Part shown: in pieces, positions 11,314 to 18,866 of the stretch
Layout: every line of letters starts with the position of its first letter
How positions within the stretch are numbered: position 1 is the stretch's first letter
Assembly (NCBI GenBank): GCA_050178385.1
Contig: JBFXGD010000034.1
Coordinates: 1 to 27,298, forward strand
Length of the DNA: 27,298 nucleotides
Source of the DNA: Calditrichaceae bacterium
GTDB lineage: Bacteria; Calditrichota; Calditrichia; Calditrichales; JBFXGD01
Reading direction: 5' to 3'
Made by a program: the position numbers and the translations under genes
The notes under the pieces: generated by a model
Seen by the model: only the letters and a program-made list of their open reading frames with translations
Databases searched by the model: none
What the model was told of the DNA's origin: nothing

Positions 11314-12183
11314 ATGAAATTCTATAAACAGAAAATACACATCGCCATGACGCAAATAAACACCGTGCTTGGCGATATAGATAAAAATCTCGAAAAGCAC
11401 TATTTCGCCATTAATCAGGCAATTGAAGGGAAAAATGATATCATTGTCTTCCCGGAATTGTCTTTAACGGGTTACTCCCTGAAGGATGCTGTTTACGATG
11501 TGGCGGTTACGGCAGATGACACGAAATTTAACGAACTTAAGAAACTCAGTAAGCATATATCAATCATGGCCGGGATGGTTGAATTAAATGACCGCTATGA
11601 AATCTACAATACGGCGCTGTTTTTTGAAAACGGAGAACTGCTGACACGGCACCGAAAAGTGTATCTCCCCACATACGGTGTTTTTGAGGAAGAAAGATAT
11701 TTCAGTTCGGGAAACCGTTTTAGGGCTTTTAATTCAAAATTTGGCCGGTTTGGTCTGATGATTTGTGAGGATATCTGGCACCCGACATCGGGAGTTATCC
11801 TCGCGCAGGACGGGGCATCGGTGTTACTGGTAAGTTCCGCCGCGCTCACGCGGGGAATAGATGAAGACCCCAAACCTGAGAATGTAAGAACCTGGGAGAC
11901 GCTACTGCAGGCGCTCGCGATAACGAGTACATCTTATGTTGTGTTCGCCAACAGGGTCGGGGTGGAAGACGGCCTTGTGTTTTGGGGCGGTTCAGCGGTT
12001 ATCGCGCCGGATGGTAATATGATCACCCGCGCGCCATTCTTTAAAGAAGAAATGATAACGACGGAACTCAATCTGCTAAAACTTAAACACGCGCGATTGA
12101 ATACTACTCTTCTGAGTGATGAGAAATTACCGGTACTGATTGATGAATTTTCCAGGATTTATGAAAAAAATAAAGAATATTGA
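11314..12183 (+). CDS. Carbon-nitrogen hydrolase (nitrilase superfamily), resembling the NAD synthetase glutaminase domain
   Basis: Glu-Lys-Cys triad in FPELSLTGY, HRKVYLPTYGVFEEERYF and ICEDIW; NRVG.EDG..FWGGS. Confidence 0.88.
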   Translation: MKFYKQKIHIAMTQINTVLGDIDKNLEKHYFAINQAIEGKNDIIVFPELSLTGYSLKDAVYDVAVTADDTKFNELKKLSKHISIMAGMVELNDRYEIYNTALFFENGELLTRHRKVYLPTYGVFEEERYFSSGNRFRAFNSKFGRFGLMICEDIWHPTSGVILAQDGASVLLVSSAALTRGIDEDPKPENVRTWETLLQALAITSTSYVVFANRVGVEDGLVFWGGSAVIAPDGNMITRAPFFKEEMITTELNLLKLKHARLNTTLLSDEKLPVLIDEFSRIYEKNKEY

Positions 12184-13271
12184 AAAAAATGAAAAAAATT
12201 CATGTATTGGCAGGTCCAAATAAGGACATTGAAAATCTGTTAGTCAAGTTGAAAGATTTCGGTTTCGATTGTTCGCAGGTTACAAGTTTGTTCGAACTAA
12301 AAAAAAAGTGCGCTCAGTCTAAACCGGCAGCGGTTATCATCGCGGATAATTTGAAAGAAAAAGTTCTGAAACATCTTGTGCCGGCGGTGCTTGCCCTTCA
12401 GGAACTGAGCGGGGCGCCCGTCATCGGAATTACAACAGAACCGGATATCCTGAAATCGGCGGAAGATTTTTTTAGTCAGGGAGCATCTGATGTGATTTAC
12501 CTGCCCGCAATCGCGCAAGAAGTCTCCATGAGAATCAACCTGAGAATACATGAAGCCGGTCTTCAGAATACGCTTACAACAATCGATTTTTTCTTTTCCG
12601 AGGCTCAGGAAAAAGAACAGGGCCGTCGCAGCGGGATATTCCATTTCTATAACTCACACCGGATAAGGGTCGGAGAAGTGATTATCGCGTCGGGGAAAGT
12701 AGTGGGAGCAGCCTACGGCAGTATTATAAAAGAAGACGCTTTTCTGCAGCTGGCATGCAGTTCGTCCCTCTCCTTTCGTTTTGAAGACCGGGAAGATATC
12801 GGAAAAGGCAAATTTATTGCGAATATCACGAATCTCCTGCTGGACGCTTCAAAACTGAAAGATGAAATAAAAAAACAGGAAAGCTGCAGAGATGAACAGT
12901 TAAAGGCGCTTATATTGGACCCCAACCGGATCGCGCGGCTCATGACGAACCGGTTTTTAAAAAATATGGGGATTGATTCCAAGGTAACTTCGCCCGACGA
13001 ATTCACCATCCGCTTTCTTGCTAAATCAGCGCCAGATTTTCTAATTCTGGATTATGCTTCCGCTGAAAAGATTCTGGACATGATCTGGCCGGATGAGCGA
13101 ACAAATTCGGATATTCCCGTAATAATTTATTGCGATGATGTGATAAAAAACCTAAATTTTAACTTTGTTGGTAAACACGAGATCAATGGCTGTGTTTATA
13201 AAAAGCGCCTTCATGTGGAGATAAAAGGACTTCTGGACAAATTATTCAATCTTTCTTCTGAAAATAAATAG
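12180..13271 (+). CDS. Degenerate receiver - DUF4388 (PATAN-like) - receiver-like signalling protein
   Basis: N-terminal CheY-like fold (PVIGIT, GASDVIYLP) lacking the acidic pocket and KP; central RSG.F...GEVII.SG.VV.A..G....EDAF..L...SF.F...ITNLLLDA DUF4388 pattern; C-terminal ALILD...PDFLILD...IPVII. Start is TTG 12180 or ATG 12189. Confidence 0.68.
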   Translation: MKKMKKIHVLAGPNKDIENLLVKLKDFGFDCSQVTSLFELKKKCAQSKPAAVIIADNLKEKVLKHLVPAVLALQELSGAPVIGITTEPDILKSAEDFFSQGASDVIYLPAIAQEVSMRINLRIHEAGLQNTLTTIDFFFSEAQEKEQGRRSGIFHFYNSHRIRVGEVIIASGKVVGAAYGSIIKEDAFLQLACSSSLSFRFEDREDIGKGKFIANITNLLLDASKLKDEIKKQESCRDEQLKALILDPNRIARLMTNRFLKNMGIDSKVTSPDEFTIRFLAKSAPDFLILDYASAEKILDMIWPDERTNSDIPVIIYCDDVIKNLNFNFVGKHEINGCVYKKRLHVEIKGLLDKLFNLSSENK

Positions 13272-13279
13272 GAGGAGCA

Positions 13280-13780
13280 ATGGATCTGAAAGAAATACGT
13301 CAACTTATAAAGGTTGTGGAAAACTCGAATATCGGGGAGCTGGAAATTGAAGAAGACGGTAAAAAGGTTCGGATTACAAAAAGCGTGTCTTCAAATACCG
13401 GAATGATTTATACCCCCGATGTGCCGATGTTCCATTCCCCGGCTCCTCAGAATCCACCGGTTTTACAGCACACTGTAATGTCAGGATCCGCCTCACAGGG
13501 AGAAACGGTTGTCCAGGCGGCTGAGGCGGTAAATACAAATACCTATGAGGTGCGGTCACCTATGGTGGGTACATTTTACGGCGCGCCTTCACCGGATGCG
13601 GAACCTTATGTCTCCGTCGGTAAACAGATATCTGTCGGTCAGGTTTTATGTATTGTTGAAGCAATGAAATTAATGAATGAGATTGAATCGGAAGTTTCCG
13701 GTAAATTAGTAAAAATTTTAATCGAAAATGCCCAGCCTGTTGAGTACAACCAGGTCTTATTCATCATTGAAAAATCATGA
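13280..13780 (+). CDS. accB: Acetyl-CoA carboxylase biotin carboxyl carrier protein
   Basis: MDLKEIRQLI N-terminus, Pro/Ala-rich linker, SPMVGTFY, EAMKLMNEI biotinylation site; SD GGAGG. Confidence 0.98.
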   Translation: MDLKEIRQLIKVVENSNIGELEIEEDGKKVRITKSVSSNTGMIYTPDVPMFHSPAPQNPPVLQHTVMSGSASQGETVVQAAEAVNTNTYEVRSPMVGTFYGAPSPDAEPYVSVGKQISVGQVLCIVEAMKLMNEIESEVSGKLVKILIENAQPVEYNQVLFIIEKS

Positions 13781-13786
13781 TTAATC

Positions 13787-13815
13787 GAATCTGATTATTT
13801 GTCATAATCAGATTC
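13787..13815. repeat. Perfect 12-bp inverted repeat between accB and the kinase gene
   Basis: GAATCTGATTAT-ttgtc-ATAATCAGATTC. Confidence 0.85.
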
Positions 13816-13832
13816 AATGATTATTTTATTAA

Positions 13833-15407
13833 ATGAAATTAAAGACTAAATTATTCTCCAGTTATTTTTTATTAATTGTCCTGTTCACTTTTTCTCTACT
13901 GTGGTTGATAATTGAAATCAGAGAATTAACCACATCCCTCCGCGGACATGTGCAGCAGGATGTGCACAGCATAATTCAGGTATCCCGGCAATTGCAAAGC
14001 CTCGAAGATTTGTACTCGGATTATGTCCTTCTGTTTATCCCCGGAAAATCATCAGATTACCGGATCAGAAATTTAGAAAATTCACGCACAGAGTTCGAAA
14101 CGAACTGGTCTAAATTACGCGTAAGGATGCTTACGCCTTACGAAAAAGCATGGTATGACCAGATGCTGAGCGGTATTTATACATTTTTATACAACATTGT
14201 CGGTGACGAGAAGAAAACGGATTATTCCGCTCAGATAAGTAATCTCGGTGAGAGTGTGGATAAAAGATGGGCGCGTGTGAATGACGCTATTTTGCAGTCA
14301 ATCGGTTTTGTAAAAAAAGACAGGCTGAGTGATGCAAGATATTTAAGGGATACGCGTGTCATAAAGGATGTTCAGAATCTTCGCGCCTCACTCGCGGAAT
14401 TAAACAAAGTGATTGGCGAGCGGGGTATCAGTAAATCTACTCAAATGTCACTGATAGCGCAGAAGACCCAATGGGTTATCATCATCGCCGAAATTTTTAT
14501 TTTTCTGGTCACCATCCTTGTCGCGGTGATTTGGGCGCGTCGCTTGACTAAGCCGATCGATTCGCTCAGGAACGCAATTGAGCAAATGGCGGTCTCTGAT
14601 TTTAATCTTCAAATTAAGGATAAGCCTGATGATGAAATCGGCGAACTTGGAGGGGCGTTTGAACAGCTCGCCGGGAGGCTTAAGGAATCTCAGGGCTATA
14701 AAGCGGCTATGTTGTCTCAGTTTACGCACGAGATGAAAAGTCCTATCGGATCGATAAAACAAGCCACCTATTTACTGGAATCGTCTCTCGGCGATAAGGT
14801 CACTACCGAGGAAAAAAGATTTCTCGCTCTGATCAAAGTGAATAACGAGAATCTTCAGAAGTTGATCACAAATATCCTTAACAGCGCCACATACGAAAGA
14901 AGTAAGATAAAACTGAATTATACAGTGGTAAAAATTGTCAAGTTAATGACAGAGGAACTCATCATTCTCTCGCCGATTATAAGTGAAAAATCACTATTCA
15001 TTAAAATAAACTATTCTTCAAAAACGATCACCCTGGACGCGGATGAAGAAAAAATAAAAGATGTATTCCATAATCTGATCGGTAACGCGATTAAATTTTC
15101 GCATCAGGGAAAGACCATCTCAGTCACCATCAAAGAATCTGTTTCATCCATTCGTATTATTATCGCTGATGAAGGGATCGGGATACCAAAGGAAGAAATT
15201 CCCTATATCTTTGAAAAACTCTACCGCGCGTCAAATTCAAAAAAAATATCAGTGAAAGGCACCGGGCTGGGTTTGTTTATCGCCTCTCAGATAGTAAAAG
15301 CTCATGGCGGCAAAATTACTGTTTCCAGTGAGTTGAATAAAGGTACGGAATTTTTAATTGAACTGCCCCGAACCAGACGCATCGCCGAAGAGGGAGGCTG
15401 GTTATGA
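13833..15407 (+). CDS. Membrane HAMP-domain sensor histidine kinase
   Basis: Two TM helices flanking a helical periplasmic domain; HAMP (LTKPI...DEIGELG.AF); H-box FTHEMKSPI; N-box NLIGNAIKFS; DEGIGI; GTGLGL. Confidence 0.95.
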   Translation: MKLKTKLFSSYFLLIVLFTFSLLWLIIEIRELTTSLRGHVQQDVHSIIQVSRQLQSLEDLYSDYVLLFIPGKSSDYRIRNLENSRTEFETNWSKLRVRMLTPYEKAWYDQMLSGIYTFLYNIVGDEKKTDYSAQISNLGESVDKRWARVNDAILQSIGFVKKDRLSDARYLRDTRVIKDVQNLRASLAELNKVIGERGISKSTQMSLIAQKTQWVIIIAEIFIFLVTILVAVIWARRLTKPIDSLRNAIEQMAVSDFNLQIKDKPDDEIGELGGAFEQLAGRLKESQGYKAAMLSQFTHEMKSPIGSIKQATYLLESSLGDKVTTEEKRFLALIKVNNENLQKLITNILNSATYERSKIKLNYTVVKIVKLMTEELIILSPIISEKSLFIKINYSSKTITLDADEEKIKDVFHNLIGNAIKFSHQGKTISVTIKESVSSIRIIIADEGIGIPKEEIPYIFEKLYRASNSKKISVKGTGLGLFIASQIVKAHGGKITVSSELNKGTEFLIELPRTRRIAEEGGWL

Positions 15408-16342
15408 AAAATGAGTATATAAAGGTTTTTCTTGCAGATGATTGGAGTGACGACAGATTCTTGTGGGAGAGTATCATCAAACGGTTTGGATACAGAGTGG
15501 AAGTGGGAATAGGCGGGCAGGATGTCCTTGACAGAATTGATGAGGTAAATCCTCAGCTTCTCATGCTGGATCTGAACATGCCGGAACCAAATGGACATGA
15601 GGTCTGCAAACGTCTGCGGCAGATTCCCAAATATATGAATTTGCCGATCATTATGCTGACATCATCGCATGACCTGAATGATAAGCTGACCAGCTTTGAA
15701 GAAGGTGTCGATGAATATCTGGCAAAGGATATGGATCATCAGGAAATTGAGAAACGTATCGAAGCGGTTCTGCGCAGATATCAGCAGAATCTCGACAGCA
15801 ATCCGCTGACGTATCTGCCGGGTAATAACGCGATACAGACGATGCTCCAGAAAAAGATTGACAGCGGAAAATTATTCGCCGTGGCATATGCCGATCTTGA
15901 TAATTTTAAAGCATATAATGATAAGTACGGTTTTGTCGCCGGTGATAAAATGCTTTTGTTTACCGGTCGTTTGATCACGGAGGCGATAAACAGATTCGGG
16001 AATCCTGATGATTTTGTAGGACATGTGGGCGGAGATGATTTTGTTCTGGTCTCAACACCGGAGATGGTTGAATCGGTTTGTCTTTTTATCACTGATATTA
16101 TGGGGCGTGAAATCCATAATTTTTACAGGGAAGATGATAAAAAATCAGGATTTATCATCTCAAAAAACCGGCAGGGTAGAATACAGAAGTTCCCGTTTGT
16201 CACCATATCGATTGCCATCGTAACAAATGAAAATAGAATAATCAACTCGATCGCCGAGGTTTCGACCATCGCCACGGAATTAAAAAAGCTGGCCAAAAAG
16301 AAGACGGGCAACACTTATGTTTTTGATAAAAGGAATAACTAA
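15404..16342 (+). CDS. Response regulator with GGDEF domain (GGDDF variant), putative diguanylate cyclase
   Basis: REC (LADD, MLDLNMP, IMLTS); NPLTYLPGN, DLDNFKAYNDKYGF..GD, GHVGGDDF; ATGA overlap with the kinase stop. Confidence 0.92.
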   Translation: MKNEYIKVFLADDWSDDRFLWESIIKRFGYRVEVGIGGQDVLDRIDEVNPQLLMLDLNMPEPNGHEVCKRLRQIPKYMNLPIIMLTSSHDLNDKLTSFEEGVDEYLAKDMDHQEIEKRIEAVLRRYQQNLDSNPLTYLPGNNAIQTMLQKKIDSGKLFAVAYADLDNFKAYNDKYGFVAGDKMLLFTGRLITEAINRFGNPDDFVGHVGGDDFVLVSTPEMVESVCLFITDIMGREIHNFYREDDKKSGFIISKNRQGRIQKFPFVTISIAIVTNENRIINSIAEVSTIATELKKLAKKKTGNTYVFDKRNN

Positions 16343-16856
16343 GCACATTTGGATTTTTAGCATTTGTGGCTTAATTTTCGTAAACTGTTCACCAGTTTCC
16401 AGGGAATCATCCGGACGGGATCAGCAGTTGCAGGCGATGCTGATTGAAAAAGCTGATAATTTGATCGCCGGCAAAAAGTATTCAGAAGCGGAAATATTAT
16501 TGCAAAAATATCTGCATAAGTATCCGCATGAACCTTACAGTGACGACGCGGCTTTCAGAATAGCGCGGCTGAGGGTTAATTCAGAATCTGAAAACCCTTT
16601 TTTTAATTTTCAGGACGCCCGGGAAAGATTTGATGATTTTAAAAAAAAATTCCCGAACAGCAGTTATATTTCTGCTTGTAATGATTGGTTAAAGATTCTA
16701 AATTTATATAATGCCGGTACAAAAGATATTCAGTATGATGAGCGAAAAACGAATTCCGGTATTTCTGAGCTGGAAAGGCAAATTGCACAATTAAAAACCG
16801 AAAATGAACAATTGCGCAAAATCCTGAGTGAATTGGAGCAGGCGCTGGAACGTTGA
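16317..16856 (+). CDS. Putative TPR lipoprotein with C-terminal coiled coil
   Basis: Hydrophobic N-terminus with IFVN-C lipobox-like site; YP..PYSDDA and FPNS TPR-like motifs; heptad tail [31 protein letters not shown]; start uncertain. Confidence 0.72.
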   Translation: MFLIKGITKHIWIFSICGLIFVNCSPVSRESSGRDQQLQAMLIEKADNLIAGKKYSEAEILLQKYLHKYPHEPYSDDAAFRIARLRVNSESENPFFNFQDARERFDDFKKKFPNSSYISACNDWLKILNLYNAGTKDIQYDERKTNSGISELERQIAQLKTENEQLRKILSELEQALER

Positions 16857-16870
16857 GAAAGGGAGGCCCG

Positions 16871-18217
16871 TTGTTCAAGAAGATTCTTATAGCGAATCGT
16901 GGCGAAATTGCATTAAGGGTAATTCGTGCATGTAAGGAATTGGGGGTTCATACAGTTGCCGTGCATTCCGAAGCAGACGAAGATTCCCTGCATGTTCGGT
17001 TTGCTGACGAAGCCATTTGTATCGGACCCGCTCAAAGCGCACAGAGTTATCTGAATCCGGTAAGAATCATTTCAGCGGCTGAGATAACAGGCGCTGAGGC
17101 AATACACCCGGGATACGGTTTTCTCGCCGAAAACGCGGAATTCGCGGATATGTGCAATTCCAGTAATATTAAATTTATCGGCCCTAGCGCGGATGTTATC
17201 CGTAAAATGGGAAATAAATCTGAAGCAAAAGCCCTGATGATAAAGGCCGGTGTTCCTGTGGTCCCCGGTAGCGAAGGCGTTCTAAAAAGCATTGAATCCG
17301 GCAGGAAACTGGTTGCCGAGATAGGGTTCCCGGTGATTCTGAAAGCGGTTGCCGGTGGCGGCGGACGCGGAATGCGGATTGTAAAAAATATGAACGAATT
17401 CGAGATGAATTATCAGATGGCTCAGGCCGAGGCCCAGGGTGCATTTGGCAATCCCGAACTTTATCTTGAAAAGTATATTCAAAATCCCAGACATATTGAA
17501 ATTCAGATTATGGCGGACCAGTATGGCAATGTTGTCCATCTTGGTGAACGCGAATGCAGTATTCAGCGCCGGCACCAGAAACTGATTGAAGAAGCTCCTT
17601 CGGTAGTTGTCACGGATGATCTGCGGAAGCGCATGGGCGAAGTGGCTGTAAATGGCGCTAAAAAAGTCAAATATGAAGGCGCCGGTACAATAGAATTTCT
17701 TCTTGACAGCGATTCTAATTTCTATTTTATGGAAATGAATACCCGTATTCAGGTTGAACACCCGGTTACGGAAATGGTTTACGGCAAGGATCTTTTGAAA
17801 GATCAGATCCTGGTCGCCGCCGGTGAAAAACTGGGATATTCTCAAAAAAATATTAAAATTTCGGGACACGCCATCGAGTGCCGTATAAACGCGGAGGATT
17901 TTGAAAAAAATTTCATGCCGAGTCCCGGCGAAATCAAGAGCTTTCATATTCCGGGCGGACCGGGTGTAAGGGTTGACTCTCATGCCTATCAAAGATATAT
18001 GATTCCCCCGTATTATGATTCGCTGGTGGCCAAACTAATTGTTCATGGCAGAGACCGCGCAGAGGCTATTAGCAGATTGGGAAGAGCATTGGACGAATTT
18101 ATCATAGAAGGCGTTAAAACGACCATTCCATTCCATCAAAAGTTAATTAAAAGACCGGAATTTATTGAAGGAAAATTTGATACAGGATTTTTAGAACGAA
18201 TCAACTTATTAGAATAG
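16871..18217 (+). CDS. accC: Acetyl-CoA carboxylase biotin carboxylase subunit
   Basis: [55 protein letters not shown] 16871 with SD GGAGG. Confidence 0.98.
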   Translation: MFKKILIANRGEIALRVIRACKELGVHTVAVHSEADEDSLHVRFADEAICIGPAQSAQSYLNPVRIISAAEITGAEAIHPGYGFLAENAEFADMCNSSNIKFIGPSADVIRKMGNKSEAKALMIKAGVPVVPGSEGVLKSIESGRKLVAEIGFPVILKAVAGGGGRGMRIVKNMNEFEMNYQMAQAEAQGAFGNPELYLEKYIQNPRHIEIQIMADQYGNVVHLGERECSIQRRHQKLIEEAPSVVVTDDLRKRMGEVAVNGAKKVKYEGAGTIEFLLDSDSNFYFMEMNTRIQVEHPVTEMVYGKDLLKDQILVAAGEKLGYSQKNIKISGHAIECRINAEDFEKNFMPSPGEIKSFHIPGGPGVRVDSHAYQRYMIPPYYDSLVAKLIVHGRDRAEAISRLGRALDEFIIEGVKTTIPFHQKLIKRPEFIEGKFDTGFLERINLLE

Positions 18218-18230
18218 CTTGGAGGTTTAT

Positions 18231-18608
18231 ATGAGTATCCCGGGTGAATTGAAGTACACCAAAGACCATGAATGGACAAAAACAGATGGTGACATCGTTG
18301 TTGTTGGAATTACAGATTACGCACAGGGTGAATTAGGCGATGTTGTATTTGTTGAACTGCCCGAAGTCGGTGATAAAGTTAATATGGGTGACAGCTTTGG
18401 CACTATTGAAGCTGTAAAAGCCGTTGCAGATCTGTTTAGTCCGGTTTCAGGGGAAATCGTTGAAATAAATGGCGCCCTGGAAGATGAGCCGGAGACTGTA
18501 AATAAAGATCCTTATGGTGAAGGCTGGATGGTCAAAATTAAAATATCAGATATTTCTGAACTAAAAAATCTGATGGATGCGGCAGCTTATGCGGAGCATA
18601 TTGGCTGA
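18231..18608 (+). CDS. gcvH: Glycine cleavage system H protein
   Basis: YTKDHEW, GITDYAQGELGD, EAVKAV lipoyl Lys, N.DPYGEGW; SD GGAGG before ATG 18231. Confidence 0.98.
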   Translation: MSIPGELKYTKDHEWTKTDGDIVVVGITDYAQGELGDVVFVELPEVGDKVNMGDSFGTIEAVKAVADLFSPVSGEIVEINGALEDEPETVNKDPYGEGWMVKIKISDISELKNLMDAAAYAEHIG

Positions 18609-18617
18609 TATCTTTAT

Positions 18618-18655
18618 AAAAAGCCCGTGGATAAATCAATCACGGGTTTTTTTTT
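18618..18655 (+). terminator. Rho-independent terminator after gcvH
   Basis: AAAAAGCCCGTG...CACGGGTTTTTTTTT. Confidence 0.88.
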
Positions 18656-18718
18656 CTTTTCTTTCCTGATGTTAACAATTCTTTAAATGTCCCACCGCTC
18701 AATCTTTGGTAAAATCCT

Positions 18719-18747
18719 TTGTTAATTGATGCTTAATATATTAAATT
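18719..18747 (+). promoter_or_regulatory. Putative sigma70 promoter of the gcvPA operon
   Basis: TTGTTA-17 nt-TAAATT in an AT-rich intergenic region; same -10 as the pdxS candidate promoter. Confidence 0.4.
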
Positions 18748-18866
18748 AAGGATTAAACCAGAATGCAATCATAAATTCAAAATTGATTCATAATCTGGGG
18801 GATATTCAGAGATTTTGAATCAGTTTTTATATATTCACTTTCTTAAATTAAATAAAGGTAACACGC

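Noticed and set aside
13781..16870. Signalling cassette between accB and accC as a mobile element or recent insertion
   Set aside because: No transposase or integrase, terminal repeats or target-site duplication seen, and no obvious compositional shift by eye.
17282..17992. 236-aa minus-strand ORF
   Set aside because: Entirely antisense to the highly conserved accC, with no recognisable motifs; a typical shadow ORF.
18609..18866. Canonical glycine or c-di-GMP riboswitch upstream of gcvPA
   Set aside because: I could not find the conserved aptamer motifs; the region is very AT-rich. Only a generic hairpin is reported.
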